DNA of 64,000 nucleotides. Source: Paraspadella gotoi (taxonomy: Eukaryota; Animalia; Chaetognatha). Of this stretch, positions 26,040-37,329 are shown piece after piece. The stretch's first letter is position 1. Each line of letters opens with the position of its first letter. A program made the position numbers and the translations under genes. The notes beneath the pieces were generated by a model, which searched no databases, was not told the origin of the DNA, and was given only the letters and a program-made list of their open reading frames with translations. The stretch is taken from contig CM119270.1 in the NCBI GenBank assembly GCA_051294375.1, forward strand, positions 7,616,197 through 7,680,196. The letters are read 5' to 3'.

Positions 26040-27560
26040 CAATTTGATCCATCATTTTAAAGTTTTGAGTTTGTATGAGAAGAGAAACTATTTTAATAGT
26101 TTGTAGAAATATTTTTGGCGCCCTATTTTGACAATATATTCTGAAAGCCAAACTCCGCATCAGAAATGAATACAAATACTATATAAAAGTGATATCATTT
26201 GGGATTTTTAGTTTTTTTTTAAATTTTGATATTTTGAATGATGATTTCCATTTAGTTTGAGTTTGTATGAAAAAAAGAAACTATTTTAATAGTGTGTAGA
26301 AGATATTTTTGGCGCTTATTTTGACAATATATTCTGAAAAAGACAAAAAACGTCAGCATCAAATGAGTACAACACTATATAAAAGTGAGTACCATTTGGA
26401 TTATTAGTTTTTTTAAAGCTTTATATTTTGAATGATGATTTTATAAAAGGTCTGGTAAAGGAGATATCATTAATGCTACCATAATTTCTATTCTGGTATA
26501 CAATTGATTAGGTTAAGTAATTATTGGCCCCCTAACTTCTTAATAATATATCATTTATTATTTATATAATATTTATTTTCTGCTTAAATTTAAAAATAGA
26601 TTATGACGGGAATCGAAACGTCAAGCTTTGCATAAAAAAATGAGAACGGTCACCAGGCGTTTGAACCAGCTCCCTTCATGTTTCAATTCAAAAGAAGGCT
26701 TGTACCAAGTTACCAACAAAAGATAGTTTTTATTGGCCCGAGTAAAATGTAACAATTTGATCATCCATTGAAAGTTTTTAGTTGTCGTAGAAAAGAGAAA
26801 ACTATTTTAATAGTTTTTTAAGGAATATTTGGCGCCCTATTATTGGACTATATTCTGAAAGACAAACGTCAGTCATCAAAACAAATACAAAACACTAGAT
26901 AAAAGTGGATTTACTATTTGGGTTTTTTAGTTTTTTTAAAAGTTTTATAATTGAATGAAGATTTTATTAAAAAGCGTAAAGGCAGGAATCCTAATACTAT
27001 CATAATTTTTATTTCTGGTATACAATTTATTATGTTTAGTATCTATTGGCACCTACTTCTTAATAATATCAATATTATTATTTTATATTTTTTTTGTTGA
27101 ATTTTTTAAAAATACTACCATGGGAATCGAACGTTCCAGCTTTTGGCTATTATAAAAATAAAAACGTTCACAGGGTAGAAAACCAGCAACCTTCATAATC
27201 AAAGGAAAGCGGCTTTACCAAGTACCAAGATTACAACGTTATTATGAACCTTAATATTTTCAAAATTTATAAACCATAAACCCTTTACTGGAATTACGCT
27301 TGCGGTTTAAAAAACTATTCCAAGAAATTTATAATTCTTTTTTAGTTTTTTAAATTTCTCTTTATTTTAAGTACACAATTTAGTAGGGTTTTAATAACTA
27401 TGGCGACCTACTTTTTAATAATATCCTTAAATGGGTTAAAAAAATACTACCGGCGGGTATCGAAACGGTTAAGCCTTTAAGCATTAAAAAAAAATTACAG
27501 GTTTTAGAACCAAATTACTTCAGAATTCAAAGGCAAGGCTCTGTTACCAAGTTACCAAAC
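26040..27560. repeat. Modular diverged tandem repeat X-X-Y-X-Y-Y' (X about 190 bp, Y about 270 bp)
   Basis: X (..gaaactattttaatag..ggcgccctatt..tattctgaaag..ataaaagtg..) at about 26055, 26250 and 26765. Y (..ctggtatacaatt..cttcttaataatat..gggaatcgaa..taccaagttacca) at about 26440, 26965 and partial at 27370. Confidence 0.85.
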
Positions 27561-27689
27561 ATAAGAAACTAACTTTAAACCTGAGGATATTAGAGTATTA
27601 AATGGTTTCAGTTAATTTAACTTAAATATAAAAATTTTCAGGGCAATTTTTCAAAATATTTAACCCTTAACATGATTTTAACTTATAAC

Positions 27690-27890
27690 TTGATCCATAA
27701 CCCTAAATCCTAAAACCTAATCTCAAATCCTTAACCAAATTCTGACCTTAACCCTAAGCCTTTATCCCTAATGTTATTCTGACCCCTAACCTTAAACCCT
27801 AAGTTCCTAACCTTAAACCCTAACCTTACATAATTCGTAACTGATTACCGATATGATCCCTAACCTCCACAGCTTAAACCCTAACCTCCT
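27690..27890. repeat. Degenerate (TAACCC/TAACC)n tract
   Basis: ccataaccctaaatcctaaaacctaa..ccttaaccctaag..cctaaccttaaaccctaag..aaaccctaacc. Confidence 0.75.
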
Positions 27891-27939
27891 ACTTAACTTT
27901 TCAACTAAAAAAATTAAACTATACTTAGCTATAAAAATT

Positions 27940-29065
27940 GCGCAGAATACATTTGAAAAGGAAGAATTTGCACAGGAATGAATTGCACAGGAATGAATTA
28001 GCATAGGAATAAATTTGCCACAGGATGGAATTTTCACCGGGAATGAATTTGCACAGGAATAAATTTTCACAGGATTTAATTTGCACAGGAATAAATTTCA
28101 CAGGATTGAAATTTGCACAAGAAGGAATTTGCACAACAGAAATGAATTTGAACCAGATGAATTTGCCACAGGAATAAATTTGCACAGGATTGAATTGCAC
28201 AGGAATGAATGTGCAGAGGAAAAAAATTTGCACAAGGAATAAATTTAACAGGAATGAATTTGCACAGAATTAAATTGGCAAATGATCCGTGCAAAATTAT
28301 TCCTGGTGCAAATTCATTCCTATGCAAAATTCATTCCTGGCAATTGTAATTCCTGGTGTAAATTATTAACCTGTGCAAATCATTCCTATGCAATTCATTC
28401 CTGCTGCAAATTTCCATTCCTCTACAAATTCATTCTCGCTGCAAATCAATCCTTGTTGAAAATTTATTCCTGGTGTAAATTACATTCTTGTGCCAAATGG
28501 CATCCTTGGCAAATTCAAATTCCTGTGCAAAATCATTCTGTTGTAAGTTATCCCCTTTGCTAAAAGTTTCCAGAGCAAAAAATATTCCTGGCAAAAGGCA
28601 TTCTTGTTCAAATTTATCCTGCTACAAAAACATTTCTGTGCAAATTGCATTACTGTGCAAATTCAATCCCTGTGCAAATTATTTCTGGTTACAAATGTAT
28701 TCCTGTGCAAATTTTAATTTCTGTACAAATATTTCTTTTGACAAAGTTTCTTATGCAAACTAATAGTCCTGTGCAAATTCATTCCTGTCAAATTTATTCC
28801 CTTGCTAATGCAATTCCAGGCTGCAAATTTGTTCCTGTTCAAATTCATGGCCTGTGCAAATTCTTTCCTTTACAAATGTAGTCCTGTGCAAATTATTCCT
28901 GTGCAAATTGTTCCTGCTCAATTCAATCCTGTGCAAAATGTTGTTCCTTTCAAAAGTATTCCCGTGCAAAATTGTATTCGCTGTGCAAAATTCATTCCTG
29001 TGCAAATTTATTCCTGATGCAAATTCATTCTTTTGCAAAATTCATTCCTCTACCAAATTCATTCT
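27940..29065. repeat. 16-bp satellite array 1 (AATTTGCACAGGAATG), inverted at about 28283
   Basis: Units read gcacagga up to about 28282, then tcctgtgc to about 29065. Confidence 0.93.
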
Positions 29066-30559
29066 AAGGACGTAACTATAGGTAATAATTTTGTCTGATT
29101 TAACTGAGCATTCCTCAGTGAGCAGAAGTGTTACTGATATTGCCTATGGTAAAGAAATGATTTTTTTTTAATAAGATAGGCAATTTCTGAATCAACAATA
29201 TTTTGCTTATATTTTATTTTAAAGATAAATAAACAACAATAATTTTCTTTATGTTTTAATTTCTTTGCTTAAACTATATTTCAATTTGTATTACTAATAT
29301 TAAGCCCAAAAATACTTTCCCAGTCATGGCATGAAATAATGAGTATCAGCATTAAGATGTAAACTACATTGGCTACTACCAGACCCAGAAGCAATAAAAT
29401 TATTAAAGAAGATTAATTCATTGATGAAATAAAAAAAAATAACAGATAATAAAGAAAATTAGTAATAACAATAAGGATGCATACATTTTTAAAGAGATTT
29501 TCAATGTAAACGATTCATTTGTATCCTGATAGATTGACAAGATTAAAACCTCGATCAAGATGAGTGAAAAATGTACACAAGACTCAAAGGTCGCCCAAAA
29601 AAATGTTTGTATCTATTAGAATGTCAAAAGCTAATTAGAATTCTTTACCAAGAATATGATATGGATTACTCAATTTACCTCCCTAGCTGATATATTAAAA
29701 AATTTCGAGCTCGATATGGAAAGTAAATATCCTTATGATATGATTTTCAAATAAAAAAAAATCTAAAAAAATTATCCTTCTATTTTTTATCATTAACAAA
29801 GATTTTGGACTCAAAGTAAAAATGACATTATTGACATACATGAAAAATGTTTATGCTTGAATTTAAAAAAACAAACATATATAATAGACTCCAAAACCCC
29901 TATCACCAAACACCAAATACCAAACACCCAAAACCATATTTGAGCTATTAATTTTTTTTTTATAAAAATTTGTTTATCTTCATTTAAAATATTTGGGCTA
30001 AAAATAATTGACATTGCAAATGTAGGCAAATTAAAGTTTATATTTGCATTAAATATTTTATTTAAAAATTAATACCAAAAAATATCATATTTTGTTATTT
30101 TTAATTTTTATATGAAATTTGTCAAAATTACTCGTTTCACTTATCTTATATTTTTATATTAATGAATGTTTTACTATTTTAAAACTATATATAATATTAT
30201 ATATATTACTTTTTAAGAACATTATTGGCTTATGTATATCTAATAACCATTTTGGGAGGGGGAGGTCTGTGTTGTTCTTCTGAAAATTAGAGGGAGCATC
30301 TATAAACACAAGTAGACTACAATAGAAGTCAATTAGACTACAATATTATTAATATCATTTGGCTTCAAATTATTAAAGATAACCTTTTCCCTTTAAATCT
30401 AGCCAAATTAATCATTAAGTTTATCAAGTTATATCTAGTTTAAAAGATCCTTCCTCAATAAAAAATTGCCTACTTTGATTCAGTTTAACTGACTAGGTAA
30501 ACCAAAGAATTGTCTTATTACCTATTTAAGAAAAAAATCTTTGCCTAATTCACCCCTTA

Positions 30560-33500
30560 TTGCATTCCTGTGCCAAATTCATTCCAGCTGCAAATTCATT
30601 CATTGTGCAAAATCATTCCTCTGCAAAATCATCTTGCACAGAATGAATTAGCACAGGAGATAATTTTACAGTAATAAATTTGCACGGAATACATTTTGAA
30701 AAAAATAATTTGGACAGAATTAATTGCGGTAACAGGAATAACATTTGTAAGAAGAATTGCACAGGATTGAATTTGCACAGGTAATTAAATATTGCACAGG
30801 AATGAATTGTACAGAAAAATAAATTGCACAGGAAAAATTTGCACAGAATGAATTTGACACAGCGAATAAATTTGCATAGGAATGAATTCATAGGAATAAA
30901 ATTTTGCCTACAAAAGAAATGAATATTGCTCAGGAATGAATTTGTACAGGAAATGCATTTCATAAAAATGTTTTTGCACAGGGACACATTGACAGGAACA
31001 CATTTGCACAGAATACATTTTGCAAGAATGCATGTGACCGAAATTTTTAAACCCATGTGCACAGGAATACATTTGCCTCAGGAATAACATTTTGCACAGG
31101 AACAAATTTGCACTGGAAAAGCATTTGCACAGGAAACACATTTGCCACAAGAACACAAATTTACACAGGAATACATTTGTACAGTATACATTTGCACAGA
31201 AACATTTGGAAAAGGGCATAACTTTGCAACTGAATGAATTTGCCACAGGAAAAATTGCACAGGAATACATTTCACAGGAATATATTTTGCACAGAATAGC
31301 ATTGCACAGAATTATTTGCACAGTAACACATTTGCACAGGAACAAATTTGCCACAGAAGTGCCATTTGACAGAACACATTTGCCACAGGAAACATTTGTA
31401 CAGAAATACATTTGCCACAGAAAACATTTGAAAAGGGATAACTTTGCCAACTGAATGAATTTGCACAGGAAAATTTTGCACAGAATACATTGTGCACAGG
31501 AATTATATTTGCACAGGAATTACATTTGCACAGGAATGTATTGCACAGTAACACATTGCACAGGAACAAATTTGCACAGGAATGCAATTTTGCACAGGAA
31601 CACATTCACAAGAACAAATTACACAGGAATACCATTGTACAGAATACATTTTGCACAGAAAAACATTTGAAAAATGGAAACTTTGCAAACTGAAATGAAT
31701 GCAAAGGGAAAATACATTGGCACAGGAATGTATTTGCTCAGTAACACATTTGCACCCAGGAACAAATTTGTACAGGAATGCATATGTACAGGATGTAGCG
31801 ATAATATAAGCTCAACCCTGAAATTTCAGGATCCTTGTGTGCAAGGATGCGTAAATGCTCGCGCGTATCGAATTCCACGAGGTAATACATTGAACTCTAT
31901 AACTTACAAAGCGGATATCTTTGCTACGAATGAATTTGCCACAGAAATAAATGAACAAGAAATCATTTCCACATGGAAACATTTCACAGGGAAGTCATTT
32001 GCCACAGGAATGCATATGCACAAAATGCTTTGTACAGAAATGAATTTTCACAAGAATGAATTTGTGTAGGAATACAGTTTTTATAAGAAATAATTTCACA
32101 GGAATTAATGTGTACAGAATACATTCTGTATGGAAGAATTGCACAGGATTGAATTTGCCACAGGAATGAATTTTGCACAGGAATGAATTTACAGAAATGA
32201 ATTGCCACAGGAATGAATTGTACAGAATGAATTTGCACAGGATTAATTTGCACAGGATGAATTTGCACAAAAAGGAATGTGCACAGAAATGATTTGAACC
32301 AGATGAATTTGCACAGAATAAATTTGCACAGGATTGAATTTTGAACAAGAGATAGAATTTGCAGAGAAATAAATTTGCCACTAGGAATAAATTTAACAGA
32401 AATGAATTTGCACAGGAATAAATTTTACAGAATTTATTCCTGCTGTGCAAATTTATTCCTGTGCAAATTTCAGGTTCCTATGCAAAATTCATTCCTTGTG
32501 CAATTGTATTCCTGCTGCAAATTTATTCCTGTTGCAAAGTTCATTTTCCTATCAAAAATTCAAATTCCTGTGCAAATCATTCCTTACAAATTCATTCCTG
32601 TGCAAATTCAATCCTGTGATAATTTAGTTCTTGTGGCAAATACATTCTTGTGCAAAATTCATTCCTGCGCGAAATCAATTCTGTGCAAAAATTCATTCTT
32701 GTTGCAAAGTATCCCTTTGCCTAAAAGTTCCAGAGCAAAAAGTATTCCTGGCAAAGGCATTCTTGTTTCAAATTTATTCCTGTTACAAAACATTCTGTGC
32801 AAATTCATTAGCTGTGCAAAATTCAATCCTGTAGCAAAATTATTTCTGTTACAAAATCGGTATTCCTGTGCCAAATAATTCTGTACAAATATTCTTACAA
32901 ATGGTATTTCTTATGCAAACTAATTCCTTTCCTCAAATTAAAAATTGCCTACTTTATTTCAGTTAACTACTAGGTAAACAAAAATTGTCTATTACCTATT
33001 TAAGAAAAAATCTTTGTCCTAAGTTCACCCCTTAATTCGATTCCTGTAGCCTCATTCCAGTGCAAATTCATTCGTGTGCAAAATCATTCCTTGCAAAATC
33101 ATATCTTGCACAGAAATGAATTAGCACAGAAGAATTTTTAGAGTAATAAATTTGCACAGAATACCATGTTTGAAGAAAAAATTTGGAGCAGGAATTAATT
33201 GGTACAGGAATACATTTTAATGAAGAATTTGCACAGGATTGAATTGCACAGGATAAATTTGCACAGGAATAATTTGTACAGAAATAAATTTGCCACAGGA
33301 AAAATTTGCACAGGAATGAATTTGCAACAGGAATAAAATTGCATAGCGAATGAAATGGCATAGAATAAATTTGTAACAAGAATGGAATTTGCTCAGAATG
33401 AATTTGTACAGGAATGCCATTTTCATAAAAATGTTTGCCACCAGGACACATTTGAACAGGAACACATTGTGCACAGGAATACATTGCCACAGGATTCATT

Positions 33501-34130
33501 GTTTACCGAAATGACATTTGCCACGAGGAATACATTTGCTCAGGAAACATTTGCACAGGAACAAATTTGCACTGGAATGCATTTGCCACAGGAACACAAT
33601 TTGAACAAGAACAAATACACAGGAATACATTTGTTACAGTAATACATTTGCACGAAAACAATTTGGAAAAAAGTGGATAACTTTGCAAACTAATTGAATT
33701 TTCACAGGAAAAATTTGCACAGGAATACATTTGCACGAGGAATAATTTGCACAGGAATACATTTGCCTATGAAGTATTTGCACAGAACACATTTGCACAG
33801 AACAAAATTTGCACAGGAATGCCATTGCACAGGAACACATTTGCACAGGAATACATTTGTACAGTAATACATTTGCACAGGAAAACATTTGGAAAAGGGA
33901 TAACTTTGCAACTAAGAATTTGCACAGGAAAAATGGCACAGGAATACATTTGCACAGTAATATATTTGCACAGGAATACATTTGCACAGGAATGTATTTG
34001 CACAGTAACACATTTCACAGGAACAAATTTGCACAGGCAATGCATTTGCACAGGAAACACATTTGCACAAGAACAAATACACAGGAAGCTACAATTTGTA
34101 CAGAATACATTTGCACAGAAAACATTTGAA
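30560..34130. repeat. 16-bp satellite array 2 (variants AATTTGCACAGGAATG / CATTTGCACAGGAATA), with inversions at about 30632, 32432 and 33105
   Basis: Direct reading. Interrupted by non-repeat sequence at about 31795-31925 and 32929-33045. It explains all the Cys/Lys/Phe-rich ORFs here. Confidence 0.93.
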
Positions 34131-34704
34131 ATCTCTCTGAAAGAAAGAAAGAAAGAAAGAAAGAAAAGAAAAGAAAGTCAGCAATCAAGCAAGTAAGCAA
34201 ACAGGCAAGCAAGCAAAGCAAGCGCAATGGCGCCATCGCTTCTCGATAAAACGCGGAAGAGAAAATATCGAGATTTTGATCAAAAAATTATTCGAGAAAT
34301 AATTTAGGGAAATTTGAATCCGCGTCGAGAATAAGAAGCATCGGAAATTCGCCAGGAAATAATTTCGTGTCGTTTTCCAATATTTTTCCTTTCACTTCAT
34401 TCCGTTTCATTTCACTTCATTTCGATTCATTTTGTTTCATTTCTATATTCATTTTCATTCAGTGACATTCATTTCATTTTTTTATATGTTTCAAATTTTA
34501 TTAAATTTGATTTATTCACTGACTCACGGTTTTTGTGAAATTCATTACTGCATTATTCCCTTCTTGAATTTCTTTTTAGTTTTATTTCACATTTTATCAA
34601 TTGTTAATTGTAATCTCTTAGACTTTCTTCGTTTTTTCTCGCTAATACAGAATAATGAGGAAAGAACTTTCATAGAACCGGGAAAGAAGGAAACGGTGTT
34701 TTCG

Positions 34705-34737
<33 letters not shown>

Positions 34738-36004
34738 NNNNNNNNNNNNNNNNNNNNNNNNNNNNNNNNNNNNNNNNNNNNNNNNNNNNNNNNNNNNNNN
34801 NNNNNNNNNNNNNNNNNNNNNNNNNNNNNNNNNNNNNNNNNNNNNNNNNNNNNNNNNNNNNNNNNNNNNNNNNNNNNNNNNNNNNNNNNNNNNNNNNNNN
34901 NNNNNNNNNNNNNNNNNNNNNNNNNNNNNNNNNNNNNNNNNNNNNCAATAATTTATACATCCGGTTTGTAGCATTAAATCTGGTTGTATATATATTTCTC
35001 TTCCCTCGGATTTAAAACAAATATTTTCATTTTTTAATATCATAGTCTTATTGTTGCGTCATGTTCATTTTAGTTCTCATCTTTCTCTAAATATAATTTA
35101 TAATTTAATTCATCATTGATGAATTAAACTGCATCATCATCTTCTTCACGATAATTTTGTCATCATTATCGATAATAGCATCATCATCGTCATCATCATC
35201 GTCGTGATCATCATCTTCATCACGTCTCACTCTCCGCGTTCGTCCGCGTTTGTGATTCTTACGCTTGGAAGAACCAAAGGCGTTTAGCGGAAAAGNNNNN
35301 NNNNNNNNNNNNNNNNNNNNNNNNNNNNNNNNNNNNNNNNNNNNNNNNNNNNNNNNNNNNNNNNNNNNNNNNNNNNNNNNNNNNNNNNNNNNNNNNNNNN
35401 NNNNNNNNNNNNNNNNNNNNNNNNNNNNNNNNNNNNNNNNNNNNNNNNNNNNNNNNNNNNNNNNNNNNNNNNNNNNNNNNNNNNNNNNNNNNNNNNNNNN
35501 NNNNNNNNNNNNNNNNNNNNNNNNNNNNNNNGTGAGAGACGTGCCAACCCAATTACGTCGACCGCGCTCTTCCTCCTTAGCGACGACTGGCCCAGTCGCC
35601 TGTTTATTTCTTTTTATGTTAATGGAGGAGAAAAGAGCAAGAGGGAGATAGAGACGAAAGAGAGATGGACATGAAGGTAAACTTAAGATTGAAGACTCAC
35701 GCGAGAAGTTTGAAAGGGAATAAAGAATGTGAGATTTAAGCTTAGAAAGATTTTAAAAAAAAATTTACAAATCTATAATCATGAAATGAATATACCAAGA
35801 ATCAACAGTTTACTGGAGTAACATATTTGTTCAGATTTATGGATAATAAGAGAAAACAATGTAAATAAATGATCGCTACTAATTGTTTGCTTCGAATGCG
35901 TCAATGACTNNNNNNNNNNNNNNNNNNNNNNNNNCTTTCCAGAGAGAGAGTCGGATTTTAATTTGCCCGTCACTACTTATATATAGGTAGCTTAAGTAAG
36001 CTCT

Positions 36005-36770
36005 TAAGGGAAAACAGAAGATGCCTCGGTCTCCCCAGTCTCTGACAACGTCACGAAAAGAAAGTTGGAGCGCGGAAATGGTGACGACGAATTTTAGCTC
36101 GATGAAATCTTTAACGATCTTAACAACTTCCGCACAGAGCGAACAGCACCAAAAACTCGACGAGCCGTCATGGACTACGAAGAAATTGGTGCGAGGGAGA
36201 CTTTTCAAGGGGAAGGGCGTCTCCGGTCGCCGGATTCGCAACCGACCCCACGCCAAACTGATGCTCGCATCATATTGCCTGAACCAGACCTCTGGTCACA
36301 ACCTCGACGCCGACCCTTCAAAACAGAAAGCCAGATAGCTGCAGGGATCGCGGCAAATCCTGAGTATTCGTTACGAATTTGAAGGCCAGGATCGAACCCG
36401 GGCGAAACCCAAGGTCGGACAAACGCCGAAACTCTTTCGAAACGTCGGGATTTTCGGTCGAACTCTCTGCTTGCGACGAGGGAACACAGACGAAACGGAT
36501 CAACATAGAAGCGTCTCCAAGCCTCCGGCCGGTGTCATGGATGCCGGTGAAAGATACGTTTTCCGTCGCGAGATGGTGGGGTCATTGAATGATGCAAAAT
36601 AGTCGTGAGCGGTTTTCTTGGTCGTCAGCTCTCATTCATCGGACAAGCCCGACGCGACGTCTCCGTGGTACGCCCCTACGCGCGGCGTCCGTATGAACGA
36701 ACGAAGAATCGAGAGAAATTCGACTTTCGGCGAAATTTGGAACAAGTGATAACTGAGATGAAGATGAATG
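36005..36770 (+). other. Candidate coding exon with indel errors, product unknown
   Basis: GC-richer, SSR-free, high-complexity island with overlapping open frames (e.g. LDEIFNDLNNFRTERTAPKTRRAVMDYEEIGARE..). It lies just upstream of the coiled-coil segment. No family was recognised. Confidence 0.35.
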
Positions 36771-37329
36771 GTTTCTTTAAGTCAAATTCATTCATTTAAT
36801 GGATTTAACTGGTATGAACTATCAAAAGTTTTCTAACTAAATACAAATTGAGCCATTAATTTTTATTCGTACAAAATATTCAATAAATACATTCTCTAAA
36901 ACGTTATCAAAATTCAAACAGTATTTTTTAATTTAAGTTTGCATAGATTGTCAATTTTATACTATCTGACCAGAAATATTCAGAAAGTTTTCAAATCTTT
37001 GTATAAGTGATACAAAAGAAAATGTTAAATATATCTGGTTAAATTTAAATCGATTTTTTCTTTTATTTAAAATTTAATTTCACTGCAGAAAATTTCTACA
37101 AATCGTTTCCCTTAACAAAAACGAGAGGAGGAAGGTTTTTTTACGGTCTTTTGCAACAACTTTAATAGTTACAATTAAATTGCCGAGCGGTAAATGAAAT
37201 CCGGTGAAATATGGAAAAGTTTCGTCTTTTTTAAATCAAATTTGCCTTGTACTATTCTTATTTCCACGAGCTACGTTTCTTTAACACTCCCTTCTATGGT
37301 CTAGAATTTTTACTTCATACCTGGATAGG

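Noticed and set aside
26600-26720. Intact tRNA gene
   Set aside because: Only box-like motifs are present, with no cloverleaf and excessive spacing.
27690-27890. True telomere or interstitial telomeric array (also a TTAGGG-like patch at about 12830-12935)
   Set aside because: Highly degenerate, short and internal, with no run of perfect TTAGG or TTAGGG units.
29066-30450. Transposase in the spacer between satellite arms
   Set aside because: Very AT-rich, with stops in all frames and no DDE or Rep/helicase motif visible.
27940-34130. CRISPR-like array, or Cys-rich (metallothionein/zinc-finger-like) ORFs
   Set aside because: The units are contiguous 16-mers without unique spacers, there are no cas genes and the context is eukaryotic. 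The ORFs occur in all frames on both strands as by-products of the repeat.
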